A stretch of DNA of 64,000 bases, from positions 4,064,001-4,128,000 of the forward strand of contig OZ244042.1 in assembly GCA_965215015.1 (NCBI GenBank), in the 5' to 3' direction. Shown here piece after piece: positions 19,077 through 29,420 of the stretch. Position 1 is the first letter of the stretch. Every line of letters starts with the position of its first letter. Source of the stretch: Candidatus Poribacteria bacterium (lineage in GTDB: Bacteria; Poribacteria; WGA-4E; PCPOR2b). The notes under the pieces were generated by a model. That model did no database searches. It was not told the origin of the DNA and worked only from the letters and a program-made list of their open reading frames with translations. Position numbers and translations under genes: made by a program.

Positions 19077-21259
19077 CCATTTTCTCGATTTATACTGTAG
19101 AAGGAACAGCCTTTGCCAGCAGCACCTCCATTTCCGGGCAGGTGATTGATGCTGAGTCGGGAACTTCCCTCGTGGATGTTCATGTATCCTTGTTACATAA
19201 AACAGAAAACATATCTTTATTCCGAACGGATAGAACTGGGCAGTTTCGGTTTGAAGATATTGTGTCGGGGACATATACACTTCGATTCGAGCGCGTTGGT
19301 TATGAACCGTTAGATCAAGAAATCGTTGTCGAAACAGATTCGAGGCCGCTGACAATCAAATTGAAACGCAACCCCCTCCAACTCGGAGAGGTTGTTGTGA
19401 CATCGGACGATGAGGAGCTCGCTCAGTTTGAGAAAACAACCGACCTGAACCTTTCAGCGCAGCAGCTTGATCAACAGATGGGAGCGACGATAGCCGAGAC
19501 GCTTAGCGGAGAGGTGGGGATTGCCCAGCGGACGATGGGGCGAGCGGCTGCGCGTCCGATTATTCGGGGCATGGGTGGTGATCGACTGCTTATCCTTGAA
19601 GATGGTGGACGCACCGGCGATAAATCAGCGTCCGCAGCAGATCACGCGGTTGCAATTGACCCCACCACCGCGACAAACATCGAGATTACGCGCGGCCCGG
19701 CGTCGCTAATTTATAGCTCAGGCACACTCGGTGGTGTCATCAATGTCAAGCGCGAGATCATCCCGCAAGCTCTTCCCAACCGTCCAACGATGAATCTCAC
19801 CTTTCAGGGTGAGTCGGTCAACTCAGGGTTGACTGGGACGACAGGGGTGACAATCCCAATCGGGGACCTGGCGTGGCGACTGGAGTTGAACCGTCGCCAC
19901 ACCGACGATACGCACACCCCTATCGGTATTTTAGAGAATACGTCGCTATCGCAAACCAATTTTGCGACTGGAATCTCAATGGTCAAGGATTGGGGGCACG
20001 TTGGGCTTTCAGGTAGTGATTACCGTTCAGACTACGGGATTCCCGGTTCGCCGGAAGGACACATCCAAGGCGTTACCATCAACCTTAGTCGCCAACGGTA
20101 TGAGGGCGATTTTGAGTATGGGTTTCAGCAGTCGTTTCTTGAGAAGCTGAAGCTACACTCGACCTATACGCGCTATCAGCATCAGGAGATTGAATCGAAC
20201 AACAGACTCGGTGTTGAGTTTGGTTTATTGACATACAATGCGTCCGCGTTGGCTTATTTGCATGGCGATGCAGTTATGGGAGTGTGGGGTGAGTATCGTG
20301 ACCATGCGACAGGCGGATTTTACTGGACGCCGCACACGCGGGAAATATCTTTGGCGGGTTTCTATCTCAAACAGAAGCACCTCAACGACGAATTAACGCT
20401 ACAAGGTGCAATTCGCTACGATATCAGACGGGTTGAACCGTTTGTGGAAGGTGCTGTCACGCGTGGGGGAGCGGTGGAGCAACGGGACTTCGGCGGTGTG
20501 TCGAGTGCCGTTTCGGGCATCTATCACTGGAACGACAATTTGGGGACCGGTGCTACCTTAATGAAGACGTTTCGCACCCCGGGGATTGAGGAACTCTTTT
20601 CAGATGGCCCACATCTGGCAACCTACTCCTATGAAATTGGTAATGCCAAACTCGGTTCAGAAGATGGCTTCGGGACAGAGGCGTTTGTGCGCTATTCGGC
20701 AAAGCGTATGAAACTGAATATCACCGTTTATCGCAACCAGATTTATAGTTACGTGATTCCGACAAACACAGGTGAAAAGGAATGGGGAAGCGGTGCGGCG
20801 GGATGGCTGTGGATATATCAATACAAAGGACAGAACACCCTGCTTGACGGTGCAGAATTTAGCGTTGATACCGAAATTATCCCTCGATTTCAGGCACAAG
20901 TGCGGATGAGTTATGCCAGAGGAACTTTGACAGATAGTGGATCCCCGCTTGAACGTATCCCACCGCTCAACGGAAAAGTGGCACTGCGATACGTTACGCA
21001 GCCGTTAAACCTTCATTTCACGGCGCGATTTTCAGATGATCAACACCGACTTGGCGAATTTGAAGAGGCGACCGACGGGTATATCGTCTATGATGCAGGT
21101 ATCCAATTAATGTTCCCCGTATGGCAACTTCAGCATCAAGCAGTTGTTACGGTCGAGAACATCTTCGATACCGAATACCGCCAACACCTTTCGAGAATCA
21201 AATTGGTGATGCCGGAGCCGGGCCGGAATATAAAGCTTTTATATCGACTGAATTTTTAG
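18827..21259 (+). CDS. TonB-dependent receptor, probably metal (ZnuD-like), with chimeric N-terminus
   Basis: Carboxypeptidase-like N-domain; plug RPIIRG.GGDR...DHA; IEITRGPASL.Y; ENIFDTEY; PGRN; terminal Phe. Confidence 0.88.
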   Translation: MFTHFFRFTLLLFAFVVLFAAYGEDDNPVADADGGHAEHADADGFTLKVDGREIYRQFQGTHEGNITLKVEEVLDVLAAFLDHAIFSIYTVEGTAFASSTSISGQVIDAESGTSLVDVHVSLLHKTENISLFRTDRTGQFRFEDIVSGTYTLRFERVGYEPLDQEIVVETDSRPLTIKLKRNPLQLGEVVVTSDDEELAQFEKTTDLNLSAQQLDQQMGATIAETLSGEVGIAQRTMGRAAARPIIRGMGGDRLLILEDGGRTGDKSASAADHAVAIDPTTATNIEITRGPASLIYSSGTLGGVINVKREIIPQALPNRPTMNLTFQGESVNSGLTGTTGVTIPIGDLAWRLELNRRHTDDTHTPIGILENTSLSQTNFATGISMVKDWGHVGLSGSDYRSDYGIPGSPEGHIQGVTINLSRQRYEGDFEYGFQQSFLEKLKLHSTYTRYQHQEIESNNRLGVEFGLLTYNASALAYLHGDAVMGVWGEYRDHATGGFYWTPHTREISLAGFYLKQKHLNDELTLQGAIRYDIRRVEPFVEGAVTRGGAVEQRDFGGVSSAVSGIYHWNDNLGTGATLMKTFRTPGIEELFSDGPHLATYSYEIGNAKLGSEDGFGTEAFVRYSAKRMKLNITVYRNQIYSYVIPTNTGEKEWGSGAAGWLWIYQYKGQNTLLDGAEFSVDTEIIPRFQAQVRMSYARGTLTDSGSPLERIPPLNGKVALRYVTQPLNLHFTARFSDDQHRLGEFEEATDGYIVYDAGIQLMFPVWQLQHQAVVTVENIFDTEYRQHLSRIKLVMPEPGRNIKLLYRLNF

Positions 21260-21373
21260 ATTCGCTGCTTGGCTGGATTAGGGAGTAAGTATTTATATCG
21301 AGATATGAATCTTGACCTACGGGAATAGATGACAACCTGAGTGATTAGTAGTGAAAGCTGGGAAAACGTCGGA

Positions 21374-21817
21374 TCAGTCAACGCGGAAATTCTGTTCCAC
21401 ACCGTTGACGATGACTTTATAATCTCCCGTCGGGAGTGTCCCAATAAAAACCTGCTCTTGGTACTCTGTTATGACCGCCGCGCAAGCAATCTCTTTCGGA
21501 CGTATGGTTGTGGTCTGGATGGTGATAGTGTTTCCTTCCTGTGCTTGATGTGTCTCATGGGGTGCGGTACAACTATCTGGTAGATACCCGGTCACCTCAA
21601 CGCTAACTTGAAGGGGTTGGCTTTCCGCAAGCAGCACTTCTATCTGTACGATAGGCATATCTGCAATGATCGACTGATTATCGCCGACATCACTATCTGT
21701 GCTCGATGGCTCACCGATGTCCCTGAGAATATCATCAATGAGGTTTGTGCAACTGATACAACATATAGCACTGATGATTGTGGCGAACTGTGCCATACGA
21801 CGGGCTAATTTCTTCAT
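21374..21817 (-). CDS. Hypothetical lipoprotein
   Basis: Signal peptide with CISC lipobox; RBS AAGGAG; G.LPD.C and C.A...Y motifs. Confidence 0.6.
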   Translation of the reverse strand: MKKLARRMAQFATIISAICCISCTNLIDDILRDIGEPSSTDSDVGDNQSIIADMPIVQIEVLLAESQPLQVSVEVTGYLPDSCTAPHETHQAQEGNTITIQTTTIRPKEIACAAVITEYQEQVFIGTLPTGDYKVIVNGVEQNFRVD

Positions 21818-21826
21818 AATAACTCC

Positions 21827-23830
21827 TTAACCGAAGTAAAAGGTGTACGTAGGTCTTTTAAGGAAGATGCCTACCAGACTCCAAAAACTCCCCAAGACAA
21901 AATCGCCCAGTGCCAACCCGAGAAACAGTGGGATGGCTCTCCGATAAAGCCCTATCCCCCCGTACTTCAGCAGGCTCCATTTGGCGACGCCACTGATGAT
22001 GAACGGTGCCCAAAACATAAACATGTGGGATGATAACGAAATGCCGTAGCCCAGTGGATGGATGGGCCACCAGAAAAACCGGGCGCGAACGATTCCCAGT
22101 ATCAGCGTAAAACAGAACCCGAAGCTCATTGCCGCAATATGTCCATTCTGTGGATCGCGCGGGGTAGTCAGCCAACCATGAAGAAAGCGATAGGCCCGTC
22201 CTCCAAAGCTGTTGATCTGCCCACCTATGTTACCGGTGTCTACACCGAGCCTGAAAAAGGTCTCCAGCAACATCAGGAGACACATTGGCATTGCAACTAT
22301 AAGTATCAGAAGCATCCAACGGGATAACCCTTTGACATCAAGGTGTCCCCGTTCAGAGAGCTTGAACGCTTCCAATTGATGCGGCATTGGGTGGCTGCGG
22401 TTGTCCCGATTGAACCAGAAAAAGAGCGAGAACCATGTCAGGTTTTGTGCGCCGATTTGCCGAGTGCCTAGCAGACTAACCAGACTATGGTGGGGTCCGA
22501 TGAATGTGGTCGAATGGATTGGAAAACCGATTTGTGCGCGGAGGCGTGTGAGAGGAATTGCAATCGTCGCAAAATGTGCGGCGAAAAATAGCACAGCAAT
22601 CTTGAATCCCATCCCTCCTCGCATCCCAAACCCGACAAGGAAAAGCCCTCCCAACAACACCCCCAAAAAAGCGGTTCGATATCGCATGGGTTCATCCGCA
22701 TCTTCTTCTTTTCGGTGTGGTCTGATGGCAGCTTTCAAAGCCCGCCAAATTTGTCGGCGTGTCGCCCATAGCGCAATCACACATATTCCCGTATATGCTC
22801 CGGTTTGCTGCTCATAAGGGTAAGGGAAGCCGGGTATCTGTTCCATGCCTGTTACGCTTGCAAAGAAAAACTGCATCTTGTAGAAGAAAAAAAAGAGGAG
22901 ACACGACATTAACAAGTCCATCGGCATAAGAAAGAAAAGCCCCACGGCAAAGGGATATATGACAATGGTGCTTCCGCCGCGCAGCAAGGCGTTCCACGGT
23001 TTTTCGGTGAACAATGGAGCTAAGGAGATGGTCTTGGTCGGGATTGCCGGGATAATCGGGAACAGGACGTGCAGCCCGTTGATAAGGCTAATCCCCCCCG
23101 CGATGGCAAATCCCCACCACATGACCTGACTGCGGAAGAAGCTGTTGGCGTTGTAGGCAATCTGGTAAGGGAGTTCGACGACTGGATAGGTGAGTCGCTC
23201 CTGTTCCACCCACGCTTTTCTGATGATGACGTTGATACACTGCGTAACAAAGAGCAAGACGAACGCGAAAGAACACCACCAAAATATGGGCTTCAGCCAA
23301 ACCAGGAAATATTGGGGCTCGAAAAAGGGTTTATCCCCCCGATAAAAGGCACGTCCTATCTCCGGATTGCTGATTGTTAACCAGTCGGGGAGGTAATGGA
23401 AGAAGAGATCGCGCCACTCATTTTCTGGGGTAGCGAAGTAGAAGGCGTGCACGACAATAGAGACCAAGGGGAGGAACATGTCGTAGGACATGAAGATCAG
23501 TGACATCGACATCAAAACGTAAAGGGTGATTAATTCTCCGCCAGTCAGGGCATGTTTGGGGTAAAATTTTTTCACGAGTAGGTTGGATGATGCCAATACC
23601 AGCAAGGCAAGAACGACAGTATAAAGTGGTGCCATCAGGGTTGGAGGTGGACCAAAGGAAGGAAGGGCTTCACACTCGATATGCCACCAATAGAAAACGG
23701 GCAGGAGGAGCAGCGTAATCAGAATGGGCCGCCAGCTAATAGGTTCGGGGTGAGTCGCGGAAAATTGAGTTTGCATTATTGGAATCCTGTCGAAGGATTG
23801 CGGGTGCTGCCCATTGAGAAGGTTACACAA
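21827..23830 (-). CDS. DUF6785/DUF6784-type polytopic membrane protein (OPT-like)
   Basis: ATPENEW, W.EQERL.YP, WWPIHPLG, YGG.GLYR.A.P.FLGL..GD; start may be a downstream Met. Confidence 0.7.
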   Translation of the reverse strand: MCNLLNGQHPQSFDRIPIMQTQFSATHPEPISWRPILITLLLLPVFYWWHIECEALPSFGPPPTLMAPLYTVVLALLVLASSNLLVKKFYPKHALTGGELITLYVLMSMSLIFMSYDMFLPLVSIVVHAFYFATPENEWRDLFFHYLPDWLTISNPEIGRAFYRGDKPFFEPQYFLVWLKPIFWWCSFAFVLLFVTQCINVIIRKAWVEQERLTYPVVELPYQIAYNANSFFRSQVMWWGFAIAGGISLINGLHVLFPIIPAIPTKTISLAPLFTEKPWNALLRGGSTIVIYPFAVGLFFLMPMDLLMSCLLFFFFYKMQFFFASVTGMEQIPGFPYPYEQQTGAYTGICVIALWATRRQIWRALKAAIRPHRKEEDADEPMRYRTAFLGVLLGGLFLVGFGMRGGMGFKIAVLFFAAHFATIAIPLTRLRAQIGFPIHSTTFIGPHHSLVSLLGTRQIGAQNLTWFSLFFWFNRDNRSHPMPHQLEAFKLSERGHLDVKGLSRWMLLILIVAMPMCLLMLLETFFRLGVDTGNIGGQINSFGGRAYRFLHGWLTTPRDPQNGHIAAMSFGFCFTLILGIVRARFFWWPIHPLGYGISLSSHMFMFWAPFIISGVAKWSLLKYGGIGLYRRAIPLFLGLALGDFVLGSFWSLVGIFLKRPTYTFYFG

Positions 23831-24001
23831 CTTCGGCTTGAGTCAATTATTATAGAATGTCTCCTGTTTTTTGTCAAACAGATTCAATAGGGCTTACGCG
23901 CTTCAGTTCTACAAGTAACTGTAAATAGAGGCGTAGGTTTTCGCAGAAAAAAAACGAGGGGAAGCTGGAAAAGATTGATAGCGGTCCCATTTGTGGTGAG
24001 A

Positions 24002-24030
24002 TTGACGCGGCGTTGGAGGTATGGTATAAT
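24002..24030 (+). promoter_or_regulatory. sigma70 promoter
   Basis: TTGACG-17bp-TATAAT with extended -10 TG. Confidence 0.65.
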
Positions 24031-24114
24031 AAATGTAATGTCACGCAAAACCAACACAGTGGATTTTAACCTTATTTTGGATGCAAGAGCGATTACTAAA
24101 ATGGAGGATGCAAA

Positions 24115-25509
24115 ATGAAGAAACATCAAGTCCTTTTTGTCTCCCTATCCCTGATTGGACTGATAATCATTAGGGGGGCATGGGCACTGCAACCACCACG
24201 AGCTATCGGAGAAAATTGGCCACAATGGCGGGGGCCCTACCAAACCGGCGTTAGCGATGCCGAGAACCTGCCCACCACCTGGAGTGGATCGGAAAACATT
24301 GTCTGGAAGACGCCGCTACCCGCATGGAGCGGCGGTACGCCCATCGTCTGGAACGATAAAATCTTCCTTACCTCGCCAACGAAAGTCACCGGTGAATCCA
24401 CAACGCCGCCCCCGGAACAACGGCGCGAGCGAAGAGGACGACGTGGGCGTCGGGGCGGAGGCGGACGCTCCCCCGGCGGCGATGAACTGCTGCTCATCTG
24501 TATATCTAGGACGAACGGGGACCTCCTCTGGCAACGCGAACTTGACACAGGAAATCAACTACACCGCAAAGGAAACGATTCATCGCCTTCGCCGGTGACA
24601 GACGGGGAGCATGTCTGGGTCGTTACTGGTACAGGTGTTGTGGCTGCCTTCAATATGGAAGGAAAGGAGATTTGGAAGCGGAACCTTCAGGATGATTACG
24701 GCAGGTTTGGTCTTAATTGGGGGTATGCCTCCTCCCCGTTGCTTCACAAGGGAACGCTCATTATTGAAGTGCTTCACGGGTACAGGACGGACGATCCATC
24801 CTATATCGTCGCCTTTAATGCCACCACCGGCGCGGAGGTGTGGAGACAGGAACGACCGACCGACGCTTTCGCTGAGTCGCCCGACGCCTACACAACGCCC
24901 GCACTGCTTGAACATAACGGGGTCACTCAGATTGTGATTTCAGGTGGGGACTATGTCACTGGTCATAGTCCGGAGACCGGCAAAGAGATTTGGCGTTCTG
25001 GTGGGTTGAATCCGTATCAGGAAGGTAATTATCGGGTTGTCGGATCACCACTCGTAGTGGAGGGGATCATCTACGCACCAACTCGAAAGAAGCCGTTGTT
25101 AGCCCTGCGTGCGGGCGGCACCGGAGATATAACGGACAGCCATCTGCTCTGGAAATGGGAGGGTGCCGGTGCCCCGGATGTTCCGACACCCGTCTGTGAT
25201 GGAACCTATTTTTATATGGTGGACGACAGAGGCTTGGCGACCTGTCTTGATGCAAAAACAGGTGAGGTAGTCTGGGGCCCGGAGCGTACCGGACAGGGAA
25301 CGGTGAGTGGTTCACCGATTCTTGCAGATGGTAAGCTCTATATCACCAACGAGTACGCGGTGACAACAGTTATTGCTGCCGGTCCAACGTTCAAAATCTT
25401 GGCGACCAATGAACTGGATGGCAGTTATACTTTGTCCTCCCCTGCTGCTTCCGGTTCCCAGCTCTTCATACGGACCGGGGCGCATCTGTACTGTATTGGG
25501 GCGGAATAG
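24115..25509 (+). CDS. PQQ-binding-like (BamB-like) beta-propeller protein
   Basis: NWPQWRGP, NIVWKTPLP, repeated SSP..G and A..A.TG...W. Confidence 0.85.
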   Translation: MKKHQVLFVSLSLIGLIIIRGAWALQPPRAIGENWPQWRGPYQTGVSDAENLPTTWSGSENIVWKTPLPAWSGGTPIVWNDKIFLTSPTKVTGESTTPPPEQRRERRGRRGRRGGGGRSPGGDELLLICISRTNGDLLWQRELDTGNQLHRKGNDSSPSPVTDGEHVWVVTGTGVVAAFNMEGKEIWKRNLQDDYGRFGLNWGYASSPLLHKGTLIIEVLHGYRTDDPSYIVAFNATTGAEVWRQERPTDAFAESPDAYTTPALLEHNGVTQIVISGGDYVTGHSPETGKEIWRSGGLNPYQEGNYRVVGSPLVVEGIIYAPTRKKPLLALRAGGTGDITDSHLLWKWEGAGAPDVPTPVCDGTYFYMVDDRGLATCLDAKTGEVVWGPERTGQGTVSGSPILADGKLYITNEYAVTTVIAAGPTFKILATNELDGSYTLSSPAASGSQLFIRTGAHLYCIGAE

Positions 25510-25595
25510 TACCGCTAGTGGGTACGTGCGGAATTTAGAGCATCCGGCAGCAATGCCCCTCTTAGGGGTGATGCTGCATCAGTTGTCGAGTGGCA

Positions 25596-26471
25596 TTACG
25601 GATAAATCAGATAGCCCTTGCGCTCCGTCCGGGTGCAATAGAGGCAGCCTCCCGCAGTCACATAGAGCGTTTGCAGGTCAGAATCTCCAAAGGTGCAGTT
25701 GGTCGGACGGTCTGTCGGGAGCGGATGTGTTTCTAGCACACGCCCGTTCGGCGCAAAGACATAGATCATGGGCCCCGGGCCGCTCTGCTCCCAACCCGCA
25801 GTCGCAACGATATTCCCCTCCGTATCGAGACACATGCCATCAATGCCCCGATGTGGAAAGAAGTTGTGCAGCACCTCACATTCCCCAACCGTTCCATCGG
25901 CGGCGATCGGATACCGGCGTAGTTCCCGCTTCTTGTCGTCGCCGTAGTGGCTTTGGGCAACATAGAGCCACCTTCCATCAGCCGAAATCAGGAGTCCATT
26001 CGGCTTCGTTGTGTCATACGTGATTCGGTTGATTTCCCATGTGTTATCTGATTGTGGATCTAGCCGGAATACAGATTCGTGCCCAAGTTCCATATCATCA
26101 AATATTTCGCCGTAACGCGGGTCGGTAAACCAGATCCGTCCCTGTGCATCGAAAGCCAGGTCATTCGGGCTGTTGAGGCGTTTTCCTTCATAATGCTCCA
26201 CGAGCACATCAGTTGTACCGTCTGCATTGTAACGCACCATCCGCCTGCCTTCGCTTCCACCTTCGCAGGCGTACAGGTATCCTGCTTTATCAAACATCAG
26301 ACCGTTTGCTTCATTCGTCCCTGTGCGAAACTCCGTACATTCGCCGCTGCTCGGATTATAACGCATGATACGGTTGTTCGGAATATCAGTAAATAACACC
26401 ACTTCCCCATCCCATGCGGGTCCTTCTGTAAAATCAAATGGGCCCGCGACCAATTCAAAATCCCAACTCAT
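25596..26471 (-). CDS. SMP-30/gluconolactonase/LRE family protein
   Basis: FTEGPAW, ANGL, LNSPND, FTDP.Y, PNG, DGM. Confidence 0.92.
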   Translation of the reverse strand: MSWDFELVAGPFDFTEGPAWDGEVVLFTDIPNNRIMRYNPSSGECTEFRTGTNEANGLMFDKAGYLYACEGGSEGRRMVRYNADGTTDVLVEHYEGKRLNSPNDLAFDAQGRIWFTDPRYGEIFDDMELGHESVFRLDPQSDNTWEINRITYDTTKPNGLLISADGRWLYVAQSHYGDDKKRELRRYPIAADGTVGECEVLHNFFPHRGIDGMCLDTEGNIVATAGWEQSGPGPMIYVFAPNGRVLETHPLPTDRPTNCTFGDSDLQTLYVTAGGCLYCTRTERKGYLIYP

Positions 26472-26829
26472 AGTTTACCTCCTAAAAAAATAATGTAGTG
26501 TACAACAGCTTTTATAACACGGATTCGCAATCTAAGTCAAGCGGAGAGCTCACCGCTTTTTTGTTGGCAAGTGCACGGATTTCGGTTATAATAATTTAGT
26601 TGTAATTGTTGGGTTTCACTCTCGCTATCTGTAAGAATATAGTGTTGGGGGGCAGAAACTTTACTGTCTGCAATAGCGAGGCATTTTCAAGCGTTCAACC
26701 CAACCTACGATACCTGTATTCTCGATGCCCGGTAGTATGCACGTTCCACCATGCCGTAATTTGCACAAAGGCTATGGCATACGGCGTATGCCTACTACTA
26801 TACGGGCGATTTTTAGGAGGAATATCAAG

Positions 26830-27243
26830 ATGGCATTTCTGAGACATGTCGCATTACGAGTCAAAGACAAGGAAGAGACACGCCGATTTTATGAGATGAT
26901 CGGGTTCAAATTTGTGGGGTATCGCGGTCCAGATAACATCAGCAGCATCGATCTTACCGATGGAACGCTCAACATGACAATCCTCCAGTACGATGGCAAA
27001 GAACGTCAACCCTTGGAGGAGCTCACCGAGTTTATGCACATTGGGGTTATTGTGGAAGATTTGGGGGACATCTATAAAAAACTCCTAGATGGTGGGGCTA
27101 ACCTATTGCGTGATGATGTCAAACAGCGCAATGAGATTGATTGGGAAAAACCGCCGACCCGATCTTTCAAGGTCTCTGATCCGGATGGCAATGTGATTGA
27201 CATCACGTGTGCAAAGGATGAATGGCGTGGGGTTACGATTTGA
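26830..27243 (+). CDS. VOC/glyoxalase family protein
   Basis: LRHVALRV, HIGVIV, DPDGNVIDI; RBS AGGAGG. Confidence 0.88.
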   Translation: MAFLRHVALRVKDKEETRRFYEMIGFKFVGYRGPDNISSIDLTDGTLNMTILQYDGKERQPLEELTEFMHIGVIVEDLGDIYKKLLDGGANLLRDDVKQRNEIDWEKPPTRSFKVSDPDGNVIDITCAKDEWRGVTI

Positions 27244-27348
27244 TTCTGTAGGTGAAACGTAAAAATCATTAGTTGATTGGTGCAGTCGGGCTAGGAAGTC
27301 CAACCTATGAGCTATGAGGTCAATCAAAAAAAGGTCCAAAACGCTAAT

Positions 27349-27381
27349 AGAACCCGAGTTTTCCGAAAAAACTCGGGTTCT
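27349..27381. repeat. Palindromic hairpin (REP-like or terminator)
   Basis: AGAACCCGAGTTTT...AAAACTCGGGTTCT, 14-bp stem. Confidence 0.6.
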
Positions 27382-27503
27382 GTTGCACGATTTCTTAATC
27401 TGAACCATCAATTTTAACGACAACCTGATGGATTTTCAACGGCTAGAAACTTGGATTAATGTAATAAAATGAACCAGCCAGAAAGGGCAGGTAGGAGATA
27501 TCG

Positions 27504-28295
27504 TTGACTTGGAGGCTTATCCACACCGATAAAAATAACGCCGCCATAAACATGGCAATTGATGAGGCGATGCTTTTGACACAGAAAGATGGCTTCCAAC
27601 CGACGCTGCGGTTTTATGACTGGCTGCAACCGGCGTTTAGCTTCGGCTATTTCCAGCAGATTTCAGAGGAGGTAGATGTCGCAGCGTGTGCCGCGCATGG
27701 CCTCGAGCTGGTTCGACGAATGACCGGCGGCGGCACAGTCATACACGGTTGGGATGTGACCTATACCATTGTCGTCCCTCACGGTTCTGGGAAATTTCCG
27801 AAGGATGTTTCGGCGGCATACTGTGCCATTAGCGACTGCCTAATCAACGGATTACAGCGATTAAACATTGACGTCGCACCCCAGATCGAAAAACCGACAG
27901 GGGGGAATGCTCCCAATATTTGCCTCACCCATCCAGTCCAGTACGATATTTTGCTCAACGGAAGAAAGATTGCGGGCGTTTCCCAGCGCCGCAATCAAAC
28001 AGGCGTGATGTACCAAGGATACATCGCTCTTGATCTTCCCGCCTCAGATACCTTAGCCCTCGCTTCAAGACGAGTCAGCTTTAATCAGGTAACAGTGGGG
28101 AAATCCACTGCGATCAACCGGGACCGATCTGCCCCAATTTATCGGAAACAGCTTGAAGATGCAGTTGCCGTTGGATTTGAGGAAACGCTCGGCGTCCGAT
28201 TCGCTGAAACCGAACTGTCTCCTCAAGAGCAAGAGACCACTGAATCTCTCGCACAGACAAAGTACGGGTCCGCCGCATGGAATTTCTGTCGATAA
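27504..28295 (+). CDS. Lipoate-protein ligase A / LipM family protein
   Basis: NMAIDEA, LRFY.W, VRR.TGGGTV.H, GRKIAG..QRR. Confidence 0.9.
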   Translation: MTWRLIHTDKNNAAINMAIDEAMLLTQKDGFQPTLRFYDWLQPAFSFGYFQQISEEVDVAACAAHGLELVRRMTGGGTVIHGWDVTYTIVVPHGSGKFPKDVSAAYCAISDCLINGLQRLNIDVAPQIEKPTGGNAPNICLTHPVQYDILLNGRKIAGVSQRRNQTGVMYQGYIALDLPASDTLALASRRVSFNQVTVGKSTAINRDRSAPIYRKQLEDAVAVGFEETLGVRFAETELSPQEQETTESLAQTKYGSAAWNFCR

Positions 28296-29383
28296 ACCAA
28301 AGTGGTGCCCGTTCAAATGCATCACGGGATTGGGATGATGTTCTTATTCCACAGAGCGCGTTCATTATGGGCACCGACATCGAGCCGTTCTACGGCACAA
28401 TTTTAGTACAGTCTCGGTATGCTAAACTGGATGAGGGACCGATACATGTTCGGTTTCTTGAGCCGTATCGGATCGCTCGCTATCCGGTCACAAATGCAGA
28501 ATATGAAGTCTTTGTGAATGAGACAGGGCATACACCGCCACCCCACTGGAAAGCTAGGAAAGTTCCCCCGGCCGAAGCGACCTTACCCGTTGTTCACATC
28601 AATTGGCATGATGCAAATGCCTATGCCCAATGGGCGCAAGGACGGCTTCCAACCGAAGCAGAATGGGAGAAGGCGGCCAGGGGTGCCGATGGTCGTATTT
28701 ACCCGTGGGGAAATGAATTTGAGCCTGCCGCGAATCAGGGGGCGAGCATTCTTACAGGTCAACTTACACCGGTAGGGAATTGTCCTGCTGCTGTAAGTCC
28801 CTACGGCGTGGAAGAGGTCGCCGGAAATGTGTGGGAGTGGACCGCCGACTGGTATCAACCGTATGAGGGAAACCCCCATCGAGATGGTGACTATGGAGAA
28901 AAACATAAGGTCTTGCGGGGAGGTTCATGGTTGGAGGTTCGGGACGAGACCGCCAATCGATATTTCCGATGTGCCAACCGTTTGCACGCCCCCCCCAATT
29001 ATAACGCAAGCAATATCGGTTTTCGATGTGTCCGAGATGTCGCGCCAGTCCGTTTGAACCCCGATGCTACCGGGAAGGGGTCACCGGCCTATTCAACGCA
29101 AATATCCGCTGAACTGTTGAACAAATATGTCAGACAGGAGAGGCAGAAGAATTTGCAGAGGATTCGCAAACGTGCCCGAGGCCGCTGCCTCAGTGACTTT
29201 AGTATTGCCTCCCTCGCAATTGGCATTGGCTACTACGGCATGATGACATCGAAGTTCGTAATAGGCGGGTTTACATTGGGAATGATTGGTCTCGGTTTTT
29301 TGTTCAGCGCAGGCGTGAATTTCTGGCGCCAGTGGAAGGCGAGAAATCTCCTAAATTCACACAAAATGAAAAGACAATCCTGA
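28277..29383 (+). CDS. Formylglycine-generating enzyme (FGE-sulfatase) family protein with C-terminal TM segments
   Basis: PVTNAEY, RLPTEAEWEKAARG, GNVWEW, RGGSW, IGFRCV. Confidence 0.88.
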   Translation: MEFLSINQSGARSNASRDWDDVLIPQSAFIMGTDIEPFYGTILVQSRYAKLDEGPIHVRFLEPYRIARYPVTNAEYEVFVNETGHTPPPHWKARKVPPAEATLPVVHINWHDANAYAQWAQGRLPTEAEWEKAARGADGRIYPWGNEFEPAANQGASILTGQLTPVGNCPAAVSPYGVEEVAGNVWEWTADWYQPYEGNPHRDGDYGEKHKVLRGGSWLEVRDETANRYFRCANRLHAPPNYNASNIGFRCVRDVAPVRLNPDATGKGSPAYSTQISAELLNKYVRQERQKNLQRIRKRARGRCLSDFSIASLAIGIGYYGMMTSKFVIGGFTLGMIGLGFLFSAGVNFWRQWKARNLLNSHKMKRQS

Positions 29384-29420
29384 TGCTGTTTAGGGGCTTG
29401 GCGGGGGCTTTTGGGTTGAG

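Noticed and set aside
24421-24480. Arg/Gly low-complexity insert in the PQQ-like propeller as a separate feature
   Set aside because: Short in-frame loop; nothing indicates a distinct function.
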